NCBI GenBank assembly: GCA_963815115.1
Contig: CAWFFN010000009.1
Span: 1,120,001-1,184,000 of the forward strand
Direction: 5' to 3'
Origin: an uncultured delta proteobacterium
GTDB lineage: Bacteria; Desulfobacterota; Binatia; DP-6
DNA length: 64,000 nt
Shown: positions 8,819 to 18,722 of the stretch, in pieces
How the letters are laid out: every line of letters starts with the position of its first letter
Position numbering within the stretch: position 1 is the stretch's first letter
Position numbers and translations under genes: made by a program
The notes under the pieces: generated by a model
What the model saw: the letters and a program-made list of their open reading frames with translations, nothing else
What the model was told of the DNA's origin: nothing
Databases searched by the model: none

Positions 8819-10381
8819 TCAGATCGCTCGTCCCGTGCCCTCCCAGTAGCGGTCGCGCAGCAGGCGCTTCATCAGCTTGCCGGTGGGTGCGCGCGGGAGC
8901 TGCTCCTCGAAGTCGATCGAGCGCGGCACCTTGTAGCCGGCGAGGTGCCGGCGAACGTGGGCCATCAGCTCCTCGGCCAGGGCCTCCGACGGCGCGCGGC
9001 CGGGCACGAGCTCGACGGCGGCCTTCACCTCCTCGCCGAACTCCTCGTTCGGCACGCCGAAGACGGCCGCGTCGGCCACCGCCGGGTGCGTGACCAGCAC
9101 GCTCTCGATCTCGGCCGGGTAGATGTTGACGCCGCCCGAGATGATCATGTCGATCTTCCGATCGCTCAGGAAGAGATGGCCGTCCTCGTCGAGATAGCCG
9201 ACGTCGCCGAGCGTGCCGACGCCGGGCTCGCGGTGCGCTGCCTGCGTCTTCTGGGGATCCTTGTGATAGTGGAAGTCGGCGCCCGATCGGTTCCTGAAGT
9301 AGATCTGGCCGGTCTCGTTCGGCGCGGCGAGCGTGCCGTCGTCCTTCACGATGAAGAGCTCGACCATCGGCGTTGCACGACCGACGCTGCCGGGCTTGCG
9401 CAACCATTCCTCGCCGCTGATCACCGTCAGGAACCCGCCCTCCGTCCCGCCGTAGTACTCCGTGATCCTCGGTCCCCACCAGGCGAGCATCTGCCGCTTC
9501 ACCTCGGGCGGGCAGGGGGCCGCGCCGTGCACCGCGGCCACCAGCGAGTCGCCGCGGAACGCGGCCCGCGCCTCGTCGGGAAGCTTCAGCATGCGGATGA
9601 ACTGCGTCGGCACGAGGTGGAGGTTCGTCACCCCGTGGCGGTCGATGAGCTCGAGCGTCTCCGCCGGATCGAAGCGGTGCCGCATGACCACCGTCTGACC
9701 CACACCGAGGGGCAGCATGGAGAACGCCCACTGCGCGCTGTGGTAGCCAGGTCCGCAGAGCAGCGCCACGCCTTCGGTCGGAAGGCCGAGGAGCGCGAGC
9801 CACATCTGTGTCAGGGTTGCCATGAAGCCCGGATCGGCTCCCTGGGGCAGGAGCGAGCTGCGCACGCCCTTCGGAAAGCCGGTGGTGCCCGACGTGTAGA
9901 ACATCGGACCGCCCGCCTGCTGATCGGGCGGCTCGTCAGGAGAACCCGACGCGAGCAGCGCCTCGTAGGAGTCGAAGCCTCGAGGCGGATCGTCCGTCAG
10001 CGCCACCCGCAGCCGGCACCGTGCGCTCTCGGGGGATTGCAGGGCTTCGGTCGCGACCGGCAGGAAGCGGTCGTCCACGATCAGGGCCACGGCGTCGGAG
10101 TTGTCGAGCACGTAGGCGAGCTCGCGCGCCACCCAGTGCCAGTTGACCGGCACCACGAAGAGACCGGCGTGCAGCCCGGCCGACATGACCTCGAAGTACT
10201 CGCGGCGGTTCCCGGAGAGGAGCGCGACGGTGTCGCCCGCGCGCAGACCGGTGCCCCGCAGCGCGTCGATCAGGCGGTTCGTGCGCTCCTGGAGAGCGTC
10301 CCAGGTCGTCGTGCCGGTCTCGTCGATCAGCGCCGGGGCCCCCGGCTTTCGCTCCGCGGTCCCGGCCAGGAGGCGCGCCAT
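8819..10381 (-). CDS. Acyl-CoA synthetase (AMP-binding)
   Basis: YTSGTTGFPKG, EYYGGTE, LGDVGYLDEDG, IISGGVNIYPAEIE, PTGK. Confidence 0.95.
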   Translation of the reverse strand: MARLLAGTAERKPGAPALIDETGTTTWDALQERTNRLIDALRGTGLRAGDTVALLSGNRREYFEVMSAGLHAGLFVVPVNWHWVARELAYVLDNSDAVALIVDDRFLPVATEALQSPESARCRLRVALTDDPPRGFDSYEALLASGSPDEPPDQQAGGPMFYTSGTTGFPKGVRSSLLPQGADPGFMATLTQMWLALLGLPTEGVALLCGPGYHSAQWAFSMLPLGVGQTVVMRHRFDPAETLELIDRHGVTNLHLVPTQFIRMLKLPDEARAAFRGDSLVAAVHGAAPCPPEVKRQMLAWWGPRITEYYGGTEGGFLTVISGEEWLRKPGSVGRATPMVELFIVKDDGTLAAPNETGQIYFRNRSGADFHYHKDPQKTQAAHREPGVGTLGDVGYLDEDGHLFLSDRKIDMIISGGVNIYPAEIESVLVTHPAVADAAVFGVPNEEFGEEVKAAVELVPGRAPSEALAEELMAHVRRHLAGYKVPRSIDFEEQLPRAPTGKLMKRLLRDRYWEGTGRAI

Positions 10382-10469
10382 GCCCCGGACCTATCGTCGA
10401 ACCCGATCGGTGGTCAACGCCCTCGCGGAGCTTGCAGTTTCTCCGCCCGAGCCGTAGCCTCCGACGACC

Positions 10470-11627
10470 ATGAAGCACGACGCCATCCGGGACAAGATCG
10501 CCATCGTCGGCATGGGCTGCTCGAAGTTCGGCGAGAACTGGGACAAGGATCCGCAGGACATGATCGTCGAGGCGGCGTACGAAGCCTACGCCGACGCCGG
10601 CCTCGAGGATCCGCAGCGCCAGATCGAGGCCGTCTTCTGCGGCGCCCAGTACCCGTCGAAGGGCACCGCCGAGGTCGCCGACGCGCTCAAGCTCTACGAC
10701 CGCCCGGTGAGCATGGTCGTCAACTACTGCGCCACCGGCACCGACGCCTTCCGCTACGGCGTGTTCGCGGTCGCGTGCGGCATGTACGACACCGTGCTCG
10801 TGGTCGGCTTCGACAAGCCGAAGGATCGCGGGGTCTCGGGCCCCAGCGTCGCCGTGACCGGCGTCCGCGGCCTGCCCGCCACGCCCGCCGGCTGGTTCTC
10901 GCTCTGTGCGGCGCAGTACTTCCAGACCTACGGCGCGGGACGCGAGGACCTGGCCCGCATCGCCGTGAAGAACCACCACAACGGCACGCTCGCGCCGAAG
11001 TCGATGCTGAAGCGCGAGATCACCGTCGACGACGTGCTGAACGCGCGCATCATCTCCTGGCCCTTCGGGCTGTACGACTGCGCGGCCCAGTCGGACGGCG
11101 CCGCCGCGGCGATCATCACGCGTCGCGAGCTGGCGAAGGGGTTCCGCGACGACTTCGTGCTGGTGCGCGGCATCGGGATCGCGCTGTCACCCAACCCGCA
11201 GGAGGATCCGAGCTTCGACTTCCTGCGTTGGAAGGCGAGCGAGATGGCCGCCAGGCAGGTGTACGCGCAGGCCGGCATCACCGACCCGCGCAAGGAGATA
11301 CACGTCGCCCAGGTGCACGACTGCTTCACGCTGACCGAGCTGCTGGCGTACGAGGACCTCGGCTTCTGCGACAAGGGCGCCGCCAAGGAGCACATCGCGA
11401 GCGGGACGTTCGCGCTCGACGGCGAGCTGCCGGTGAACACCGACGGCGGGCTCAAGACGTTCGGCCATCCCACCGGAGCGACCGGCGTGCGCATGATCTA
11501 CGAGAACTACAAGCAGCTCCAGGGCAAGGCCGAGAAGCGCCAGGTGAAGAACGCGACGGTCGGGCTGAGCCACAACATCGGGGGCGCCCCCCAGGCCTGC
11601 GGCATCTGCATCGTCGCGATGCCGTAA
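10470..11627 (+). CDS. Thiolase (SCP2-type acetyl-CoA acetyltransferase)
   Basis: NYCATG, SDGAAA, VHDCFT, VNTDGGLK.FGHPTGATG, HNIGG. Confidence 0.92.
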   Translation: MKHDAIRDKIAIVGMGCSKFGENWDKDPQDMIVEAAYEAYADAGLEDPQRQIEAVFCGAQYPSKGTAEVADALKLYDRPVSMVVNYCATGTDAFRYGVFAVACGMYDTVLVVGFDKPKDRGVSGPSVAVTGVRGLPATPAGWFSLCAAQYFQTYGAGREDLARIAVKNHHNGTLAPKSMLKREITVDDVLNARIISWPFGLYDCAAQSDGAAAAIITRRELAKGFRDDFVLVRGIGIALSPNPQEDPSFDFLRWKASEMAARQVYAQAGITDPRKEIHVAQVHDCFTLTELLAYEDLGFCDKGAAKEHIASGTFALDGELPVNTDGGLKTFGHPTGATGVRMIYENYKQLQGKAEKRQVKNATVGLSHNIGGAPQACGICIVAMP

Positions 11628-11662
11628 CGACGTACCGGGCGACACGAGCACCTCGGCCCTCG

Positions 11663-12346
11663 ATGGTGAATCCGGTCCTGGAGCGTCTGTACCGGGAGAA
11701 CGAGGTCGTGCATCGCAACGGACGGCGCATGCGCGTCGTCCCGCCCGGGATCCTGCCGCAGCGCGGCGAGTACCTCTTCCGGCTGGTGCGCGAGCGGCGG
11801 CCGGTGACCACCCTCGAGACCGGATTTGCCTACGGCCTGTCCACGCTCTTCATCGCCGAGGCGCTGCGCCAGAACGGCCGGGGCGGGCACATCGTCATCG
11901 ACCCCAACGAGCGAACCCGTTTCGACGGGCTGGGCCTGGCGCACGTCGAGGAGGCGAACCTCGGCCCCTGGGTGACCTTCCACGACGAGCCGTCCGAGGT
12001 GCGCCTGCCGAAGCTGGTCGAGCAGGGAGTCCGGCTGGACCTGGCTTTCGTGGACGGCCATCATCTCTTCGACTACGTCGTGACGGACTGCCTCTTCATC
12101 GGTCGAATGCTGCGCAAGGGCGGCCTGCTGGTGATGGACGACACCAATCTCCCGGGTGTGGCCCGGGCGTGCGACTTCTTCGCGGCCAACCGGCCCGATT
12201 TCGAGGAGCTCACGGACGCATCGCGTCCCGGACTGCTGCGGCGACTCGTCGAAGGGACGATTCCGCCGCCTCCCAAGCTGTTCCGCTTGTTCCGCCGCAT
12301 CGCGGATCCGGATCCACGCGATTGGGATAGCTTCGTCCCGTTTTGA
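11663..12346 (+). CDS. Class I SAM-dependent methyltransferase (Methyltransf_24-like)
   Basis: TLETGFAYGLSTL, DLAFVDGHHLFD, GGLLVMDD. Confidence 0.85.
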   Translation: MVNPVLERLYRENEVVHRNGRRMRVVPPGILPQRGEYLFRLVRERRPVTTLETGFAYGLSTLFIAEALRQNGRGGHIVIDPNERTRFDGLGLAHVEEANLGPWVTFHDEPSEVRLPKLVEQGVRLDLAFVDGHHLFDYVVTDCLFIGRMLRKGGLLVMDDTNLPGVARACDFFAANRPDFEELTDASRPGLLRRLVEGTIPPPPKLFRLFRRIADPDPRDWDSFVPF

Positions 12347-12459
12347 ACGACCAGGAGGGAACTCCGGCGATTGCCCGACCGGCCGCCCGGGCGTTGCGCG
12401 CGAGCGCGGTCGCCTCACGGGATGGCGCTTCAGCCGACACGCTCGGCTCCGGCCTCGGC

Positions 12460-13776
12460 ATGCTGGAGACGACGTGGACGCTGGCGTGGCCCGCGATCCT
12501 CTCGTTCTCCCTCGAGTCCATCGTGTCGCTGTGCGACCTGCTGATGGTCGGCCACCTGGGACCGGCCTCGGTCGCCGCCGTGGGTGTCGGCGTGCAGATA
12601 CTGAACGCGCTCAACACGACGCTCTTCGCCATCGGCACCGGGACGATGGCAATCGTCGCGCGGCACGTCGGGGCCGCGGAACGCCGGCCGGCCGAGGAGA
12701 CGCTACGGCAGTCGATCGTGGCAGCCGGCCTGAGCTCGGCGCTTCTCGCCCTTCCGATCGCGGTCTTCGCGCGGCCGCTGATCGGGGTGTTTCGCGTCGA
12801 GCCCGCCGTCGTCGAGGAGACGGTGCGCTTCCTGCGGGTGGTGCTGGCGTCGGTGCCGGCCGTTGGCGTGGTCTTCGTGATCGCCGCCAGCCTGCGCGCC
12901 GCCGGCGACACGCGCACACCGCTCGCCGTCGGCGTCGTGGTGAGCGTGCTGAACGTCGTCCTCGGGTTCATCCTGATCTTCGGGCGGCTCGGCCTCCCGG
13001 CGCTGGGGGTGCGAGGCGCCGGGGCGGCGACGGCGATCGCCTTCACCGTGGGCGCGTTCCTCGGCCTCGCGCTGCTCGCCCGCGGGCATCTCCGCCTCGT
13101 CGTGCGCTGGCCGGGGTTCCGGTTCCACGGCGCCGTGGTGCGCCGGGTGCTCCGCGTGGGGTATCCCGCCGCGCTCGAGCAGCTCCTGATGCAGCTCGGG
13201 TTCTTCACCTACGTGATCTTCGTCGCTCGCTACGGCACCGGTCCGGTGGCGGCGTACTTCATCAGCGCGCGCGTCCTGGCGCTGTCGTTCCTTCCCGGAC
13301 TCGGCTTCGCCGCGGCGGCCGGGGCACTGGTCGGCCAGTACCTTGGGGCGGGCCGGCCCGACGAGGCCGAGCGCAGCGGCTGGGCGGCACAGCGCCTCGC
13401 GCTCGTCATGATGTCCGCCGCCGGCGCCTTGATCTTCGTCGCGGCGGCGCCCATCGCCGGCCTCTTCGTCGACGATCCCCACGTGATCGAGGATGCGGCG
13501 TCGTTCATCCGCGTCCTGGCGGTCTGCCAGCCGCTCATGGCGGTCGATTTCGTGATGGGCGGTGCGCTGCGCGGCGCCGGCGACACCCGCTTCCCGCTGC
13601 TCACCGCCATCGTCGCCTTCTGGGTGTGCCGCCTGGGAGCGGCGTGGCTGGTGACGCACGTCCTCGGGCTCGATCTCTTCTGGCTGTGGCGCGTCGTCAT
13701 CCTCGACTTCGCGGCACGCGCATCGCTCAAGGCGTGGCGGTTCCGCGCCGGGACGTGGCGGCATGCGCGCGTGTAG
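12460..13776 (+). CDS. MATE family efflux transporter
   Basis: LAWPAIL, DLLMVGHLG, LRAAGDTRTPL, GALRGAGDT; multiple TM helices. Confidence 0.92.
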   Translation: MLETTWTLAWPAILSFSLESIVSLCDLLMVGHLGPASVAAVGVGVQILNALNTTLFAIGTGTMAIVARHVGAAERRPAEETLRQSIVAAGLSSALLALPIAVFARPLIGVFRVEPAVVEETVRFLRVVLASVPAVGVVFVIAASLRAAGDTRTPLAVGVVVSVLNVVLGFILIFGRLGLPALGVRGAGAATAIAFTVGAFLGLALLARGHLRLVVRWPGFRFHGAVVRRVLRVGYPAALEQLLMQLGFFTYVIFVARYGTGPVAAYFISARVLALSFLPGLGFAAAAGALVGQYLGAGRPDEAERSGWAAQRLALVMMSAAGALIFVAAAPIAGLFVDDPHVIEDAASFIRVLAVCQPLMAVDFVMGGALRGAGDTRFPLLTAIVAFWVCRLGAAWLVTHVLGLDLFWLWRVVILDFAARASLKAWRFRAGTWRHARV

Positions 13777-13815
13777 AAAGCCCACCCGAGACTTCGTCTC
13801 GGGGCGGTCTCCTGG
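13773..13815. repeat. Single-hairpin remnant of the 304-bp element terminus
   Basis: GTAGAAAGCCCACCCGAGAC-TTC-GTCTCGGGGCG overlapping the MATE stop codon. Confidence 0.75.
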
Positions 13816-13848
13816 CGCGACACCACCGGGGCTTGCTAGGGTCGGTGC

Positions 13849-14556
13849 ATGACGCTCGATCTCCGGCGCGCGCTCGACCTCACCACGTCCTTTGCGGCCA
13901 CGGTGGCGCGTCTCGGAACCGGCATGGCGGTGGCGGGAGCGGGGAAACGTCCCGCCGAGCCGCTCGCGCTGTACGAGTTCGAGGCCTGTCCCTTCTGCCG
14001 CAAGGTGCGCGAGGCATTGTCGGTCCTCGACCTCGACGCGATGGTCTATCCCTGCCCGAAGGGCGGTCCGCGCTACCGCGAGGAGGTGAAGCGGCGAGGC
14101 GGCAAGGCGCAGTTCCCCTATCTCGTCGACCCCAACACGGGGCAGGCGATGTACGAGTCGACCGACATCGTGCGCTACCTGTGCACGACGTACGGCGACG
14201 GCACCGTGCCGTGGGCGCTCGGCCTCGGCCCGGTGACCGACGCGACGGCGATGCTCGCCTCGACGTGGCGGATCGGGCGGGGACAGGCCTACCGGCGTGC
14301 CCGCGTCCCCGAGCAGCCGCTCGAGCTGTGGAGCTTCGAGGCGTCGCCCTTCTCCCGCCTGGTGCGCGAGGAGCTCTGCTGCCTCGAGCTGCCCTACCGC
14401 CTCCACAACGTCGCCAAGGGCAGTGCCAAGCGCGAGGCGTTCGTCGCCCGCTCGGGCAAGATGATGGTGCCGTACCTGCTCGATCCGAACACGGGCACGG
14501 CCATGTTCGAGTCGGCCGACATCGTGCGCTATCTCGACACGACCTACGCGATGTAG
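13849..14556 (+). CDS. Tandem GST-N/glutaredoxin-like protein
   Basis: Two repeats: LYEFEACPFCRKVRE..PYLVDPNTG.MYES and LWSFEASPFSRLVRE..PYLLDPNTG.MFES. Confidence 0.85.
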   Translation: MTLDLRRALDLTTSFAATVARLGTGMAVAGAGKRPAEPLALYEFEACPFCRKVREALSVLDLDAMVYPCPKGGPRYREEVKRRGGKAQFPYLVDPNTGQAMYESTDIVRYLCTTYGDGTVPWALGLGPVTDATAMLASTWRIGRGQAYRRARVPEQPLELWSFEASPFSRLVREELCCLELPYRLHNVAKGSAKREAFVARSGKMMVPYLLDPNTGTAMFESADIVRYLDTTYAM

Positions 14557-14834
14557 CGCACTGCTAGGTACACGACCGCTGAGACGCGATTCCATTGTCA
14601 GAGTGTGCCAGGGTGCGCTTCAATCCATTCCGTCACAGCGTGAGAAGGAGCGCGAAGTACCCGACCTGCCAACGCTCTCGCGCTCGCGTACTAGCTGCCA
14701 AGTCATCTGGGCTCGGATCGTGCTGTCCTCGTGACATTCGCCTCACTGAACCCCAAGCATATTGCCACCACATCTAAGCTAAGATATTAGCGGTACGCGC
14801 CTCAACGTGCGCAGATCCTAGAAAGGAGACGGCC

Positions 14835-15464
14835 ATGGCGTTTACCGTTGATAGTGTCCCCGTATCCCAAGCGCAATTTGACGCACAGGCCAAGTTTATC
14901 CTCTACACGAGCGCAACCGTGGCTGCAGGAGACGTGACCGGCTTTACGACTGACACCCTCCTGCAGGCGTGGCTGGCGAGTTTGGGAGGACGGTATGTGG
15001 CGGACTACCAGGAGTTACAGGGTCTTCGCGCCCGCGCTCTTTCATCGACAGCGAACGACGATCTCGTCTGTGAGGTTCACCGATTCGAAGTGACTGATGC
15101 CATACAGAGATGCTATAGGGCCCTGGGCCGGCATGGAAAATCGGCGTCCGACATCGCGACGCTTCTTGGCAACTACGACCCCGTGCTTGGTCCCCCTGGG
15201 AACACGGCATGGCTCTACAACCAGCCGAACTACAAGGGCCGCTGCGTCTCCCTGAGCGGAGGCTGGGCGTATCCAAACCTGAACCATTTTGATTTCGAGG
15301 ACAAGGCATCGGCGGTCGTTGTAAGCACGGCTACTATTTTGTTTGAGGATCGGAACTATAACAAGAATAACCCAAACGCGAAATGGGTGATCCTCTTCAA
15401 TCCCCCCGCGGTCCCGGACCTGGGGGACTTCAACAACAAGGCGTCTTCGGCGATCGTGCTTTGA
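14835..15464 (+). CDS. Hypothetical protein with C-terminal beta/gamma-crystallin domain
   Basis: LYNQPNYKG...FEDKASAV..LFEDRNY...FNNKASSA Greek-key motifs; AAAGGAG RBS. Confidence 0.75.
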   Translation: MAFTVDSVPVSQAQFDAQAKFILYTSATVAAGDVTGFTTDTLLQAWLASLGGRYVADYQELQGLRARALSSTANDDLVCEVHRFEVTDAIQRCYRALGRHGKSASDIATLLGNYDPVLGPPGNTAWLYNQPNYKGRCVSLSGGWAYPNLNHFDFEDKASAVVVSTATILFEDRNYNKNNPNAKWVILFNPPAVPDLGDFNNKASSAIVL

Positions 15465-15487
15465 GGCACGGAGATGTCTAGGGCAAG

Positions 15488-17546
15488 TTGAGTCTCGCTA
15501 TCGAAGTCAGGCGGCGCGCGGTTCGTGCGAAACAAAGGCAGCACGGCGGCCGGGAGAAGCTGTGCGAGGCCGGTGTCACGCGGCGGTCCTTTGTGGGTTG
15601 CTTGCGAAGTGCTCCTGGGCGGCTGCTCATTGCCCTGGGTTTCGTGGCGCTCCTTCCTTGGAACGGAGCTTCGACGCCTGGACAGATCGGCTACGTCGCG
15701 AACGGAGAGGGATCGATCTCGGTGTTCGATTCGGAGACAGACGAGGTGGTGAAGACGATCCCGATCCCGGTTGATGGCCCGTTCGCCAACCTATCGCTAC
15801 TGCTCTCGCCGCAGGACAGACGTTTGTTCGTGCTGGTCAAGGAGAGCAGCGCGCTGGAGGGTCGGCCAGGGAACGAACGGCGGTCCGTCTCTTTGATCGA
15901 CACGGCATCGCACCGCGTGATCGTCACGACAACCATAGGACCCGGAGGATCGCCTTTGGCGCTGGCGATCGGCGACCTCGAGGACCTTCACTTGAGTGGC
16001 GATGGTACGCGATTGTACGTAGCCATCCCAATCGCCTCGGGGCAGCCCGGAGGGCTTGAGGGTTTGTTGTTGGGTTTGGATCCGACTGACTTACACGTCT
16101 TGTCGTCGATCCCCGTCGCGTTTCCCGGCTTGGGTCCGGGTCTGCTCTTTCAGCCAACCTTGGCGGCAAATCGCGGGCGGCTCTACTCGGTGACTCCCGA
16201 GGGCAGTGTTGCGGTCGAGGATGCAGCCACGGGCGCCCTCGTGGCAGACATCCCCCTCCCTCCAGAGATCACCCAGCCGGTAGGAGCGCTCTCCGTGGAG
16301 GGTTTGGTACTCTCGCCTTCTCAGGCGCATCTCGCTGTCCGCGATGCCCTGGTGGATCTTGAAGCCAACCGCCTCATGGGGCGGGTCTCCGATGGTTCCC
16401 CGGATGAACCACTCCTGGCGCGTTTCTCGGCGGACAGCGCGACCTTCTTTTCACTGATAGGCGGGCTCTCGTTCCAAGGCTGCGGCCGTGGGGATGATCC
16501 GGTGGCTCTCACTCTTGCCGCGATCGATGTCGCGAGCTTCAAAGCTATCGCGCGAGTATCTCTCGGTGAGGCCCAGCCTGGTATCTCGGCCACATCGTCG
16601 CCGGTTGGTAGTCGCCTTGCAGTCGTGGTCAGGCGGTGCACGACGGCTCCGCAGGAATTGGTCGTCGTCGACGTGCCAGACCGAAGGGTGACGCGGCCCG
16701 TACGAGAGGCGACCGGCCCGACGGCCGACATATCCGAGATCGCACAGAGCCCGGACGGAAGCCGGATGGTCTTCGTCGAGACGTCGCCGGTGCTGCACCG
16801 TCGGAATGGAAAGGTCCAGCCAACATTGCAGTCCGATCTGCTGGACGTTGATGTGGAGCATGGCGTCCTGGACCGTAGCGTCGACCTCGGTGACTTCACG
16901 CCGTCGACGTTGGGCCAGGGCATGGGAGCGCGCCCTGGAGTCTTTACGAGTGATGGTCAAAAGCTCTATCTGATCGGCCAACGCGGCCTCTTGGGAGCGA
17001 CACAGGTCAAGAGCCTATCGTCGACTCGCGGCCTTGGCAGGGTCTCGGGCGGAGGCCTGAGGCCTCAGCAGATCCCTTCTCGGCGATCCGTGCACCAATG
17101 CGGAAGGATGCTTCTGTCGGACCGACACAGACTGCGACGACGGGAACCCGTGCACCGTCGATTCCTGCGAGGAGGAGCGCCGGTGCCTGAACGTGCCGAG
17201 CCCGTGCATCACTGGCATCGAATGCCTCGCAGGGAACGAGCGCGTCGTCTCCTGTCTCACTGCGGCCCAGCGGCGTCGTTCGGTTCGAGTGCAAGAGCGC
17301 CTGAGGGTAGCCGACGCGGCCGTTCACGGCGGCGATGGCGATCGTGCCCGAGGCATCCTCGCTGAAACGGAAGGCGAGGTGAAGCGGCTCCTGGCGATCG
17401 CGATAAAACGCACGAACGTCGATTCGGCGGTGAACCGGAACGAGCTCGAGTGCAATGTCATCCTCTTTCAGCGGCAGCTGCTCATTCTCCAGCGCCTGCG
17501 TAAGGTTAGGCAAAATCTCGCGGAGTGTCAGCAGTCCGGACCATGA
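15488..17546 (+). CDS. Secreted YVTN/YncE beta-propeller protein with C-terminal Cys-rich motif and helical tail (frameshifted ~17000-17080; start uncertain)
   Basis: YVANGEGSISVFD, VSLIDTASHRV, LSGDGTRLYVA, FTSDGQKLY; another frame gives CRTDTDCDDGNPCTVDSC and ends overlapping the next ATG. Confidence 0.65.
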
Positions 17547-18700
17547 GAGGAATAGCCGCCGGTGTCGCCGTCACGATGGCAATTACCATGGTGGTCGAGC
17601 GGGCGACCGCGGCATCCTTGGCGACGCAGCTCGATGATCTCCTGACGCATAAGGGATTCCAGCAGGTCGATACGATCGTCCCCACACTGGTCCGGACGGT
17701 GGCGCGAAGCGCCGACTTCCCGATCGCCGCGACCGGTCCGGACTTCGCCTACGAGTACCGTCCCGAAACTGGCACCTTCGAGCGAAGCGCGCGACCGTTC
17801 AACCCAGTCCTCATCGAGGTACCCCAGACCCTGGGTCTGCATGTTCTCCAGATTGGGATATCGATGCTGTGGAGCGGTTTCAATCGGCAGGACGGTGGAC
17901 TTCTCAGGAACACGAAAGCGGGGTTTACGTTCACCGGAACGACGCCGGAGAACGAAACCGTTCCCATTCCCGGCAACTTGACCTTCAACGACTTCCGTAT
18001 CGAGGATTTCGTTTTCTCCGGGGTCGTGACCTACGGGATCACCGAGCGATGGGACGTCGGGCTGGTCGTGCCGGCCGTGCTCACGACGTTGAAAGCGCAA
18101 GGTCGAAGCACGGTACGCATCGCTGGAGAGAACCTTCTGGTCACGCTCGACCGCTTCGATATCGACGATTCGAAGCTCGGGGTCGGAGATGTGCTTCTTC
18201 GAACGAAGTACGCGCTCGACCCGCTCTGGGGTATCACGTTCGCCCCCGTCTTCGTCTTGCGTCTTCCCACCGGGAATCCGAACAACTTCCAGGGTATCGG
18301 TGACACGACGCTCACGCCGGGGGTCGCGGCAATGCACTCCGGGGAGAGAGTGGGATTCTACGCGGACGCTGGATTCGAGTTCGATGCTGACGACCTCAGT
18401 CGAAGTGCGTTTCGATACGGCATGGCGCTGTCCGTTCGTATCCTCAAGTATGCGTCGATCATCGCCGAACTCACGGGTAAATCGACGGTGAGCGACGATA
18501 CATTCTCTGTTCGACTTGCAGGGACGTCCAGGGAGCTGCCAGCGAGTATACTAAGGAGCGACATCGTCAGCGGTGCCGTGAGCGTCAAGGCGCGGGTGCT
18601 ACCAGGCTGCGTGGCCTACGCGGGCGCGCTGTTCCCCCTCACGAAGGACGGCGTCACCACACCGGTGACCCCCTTGGCTGGTCTAGAGTTCCACTTCTAG
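17543..18700 (+). CDS. Outer-membrane beta-barrel ('transporter'/Phenol_MetA_deg-like), paralog 1
   Basis: Signal peptide; YEYRPETGTFERS, GVGDVLLRTKY, PTGNPNNFQGIGD; C-terminal GLEFHF. Confidence 0.75.
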   Translation: MRGIAAGVAVTMAITMVVERATAASLATQLDDLLTHKGFQQVDTIVPTLVRTVARSADFPIAATGPDFAYEYRPETGTFERSARPFNPVLIEVPQTLGLHVLQIGISMLWSGFNRQDGGLLRNTKAGFTFTGTTPENETVPIPGNLTFNDFRIEDFVFSGVVTYGITERWDVGLVVPAVLTTLKAQGRSTVRIAGENLLVTLDRFDIDDSKLGVGDVLLRTKYALDPLWGITFAPVFVLRLPTGNPNNFQGIGDTTLTPGVAAMHSGERVGFYADAGFEFDADDLSRSAFRYGMALSVRILKYASIIAELTGKSTVSDDTFSVRLAGTSRELPASILRSDIVSGAVSVKARVLPGCVAYAGALFPLTKDGVTTPVTPLAGLEFHF

Positions 18701-18722
18701 GTCCGTCGACCATTCACGCGCC

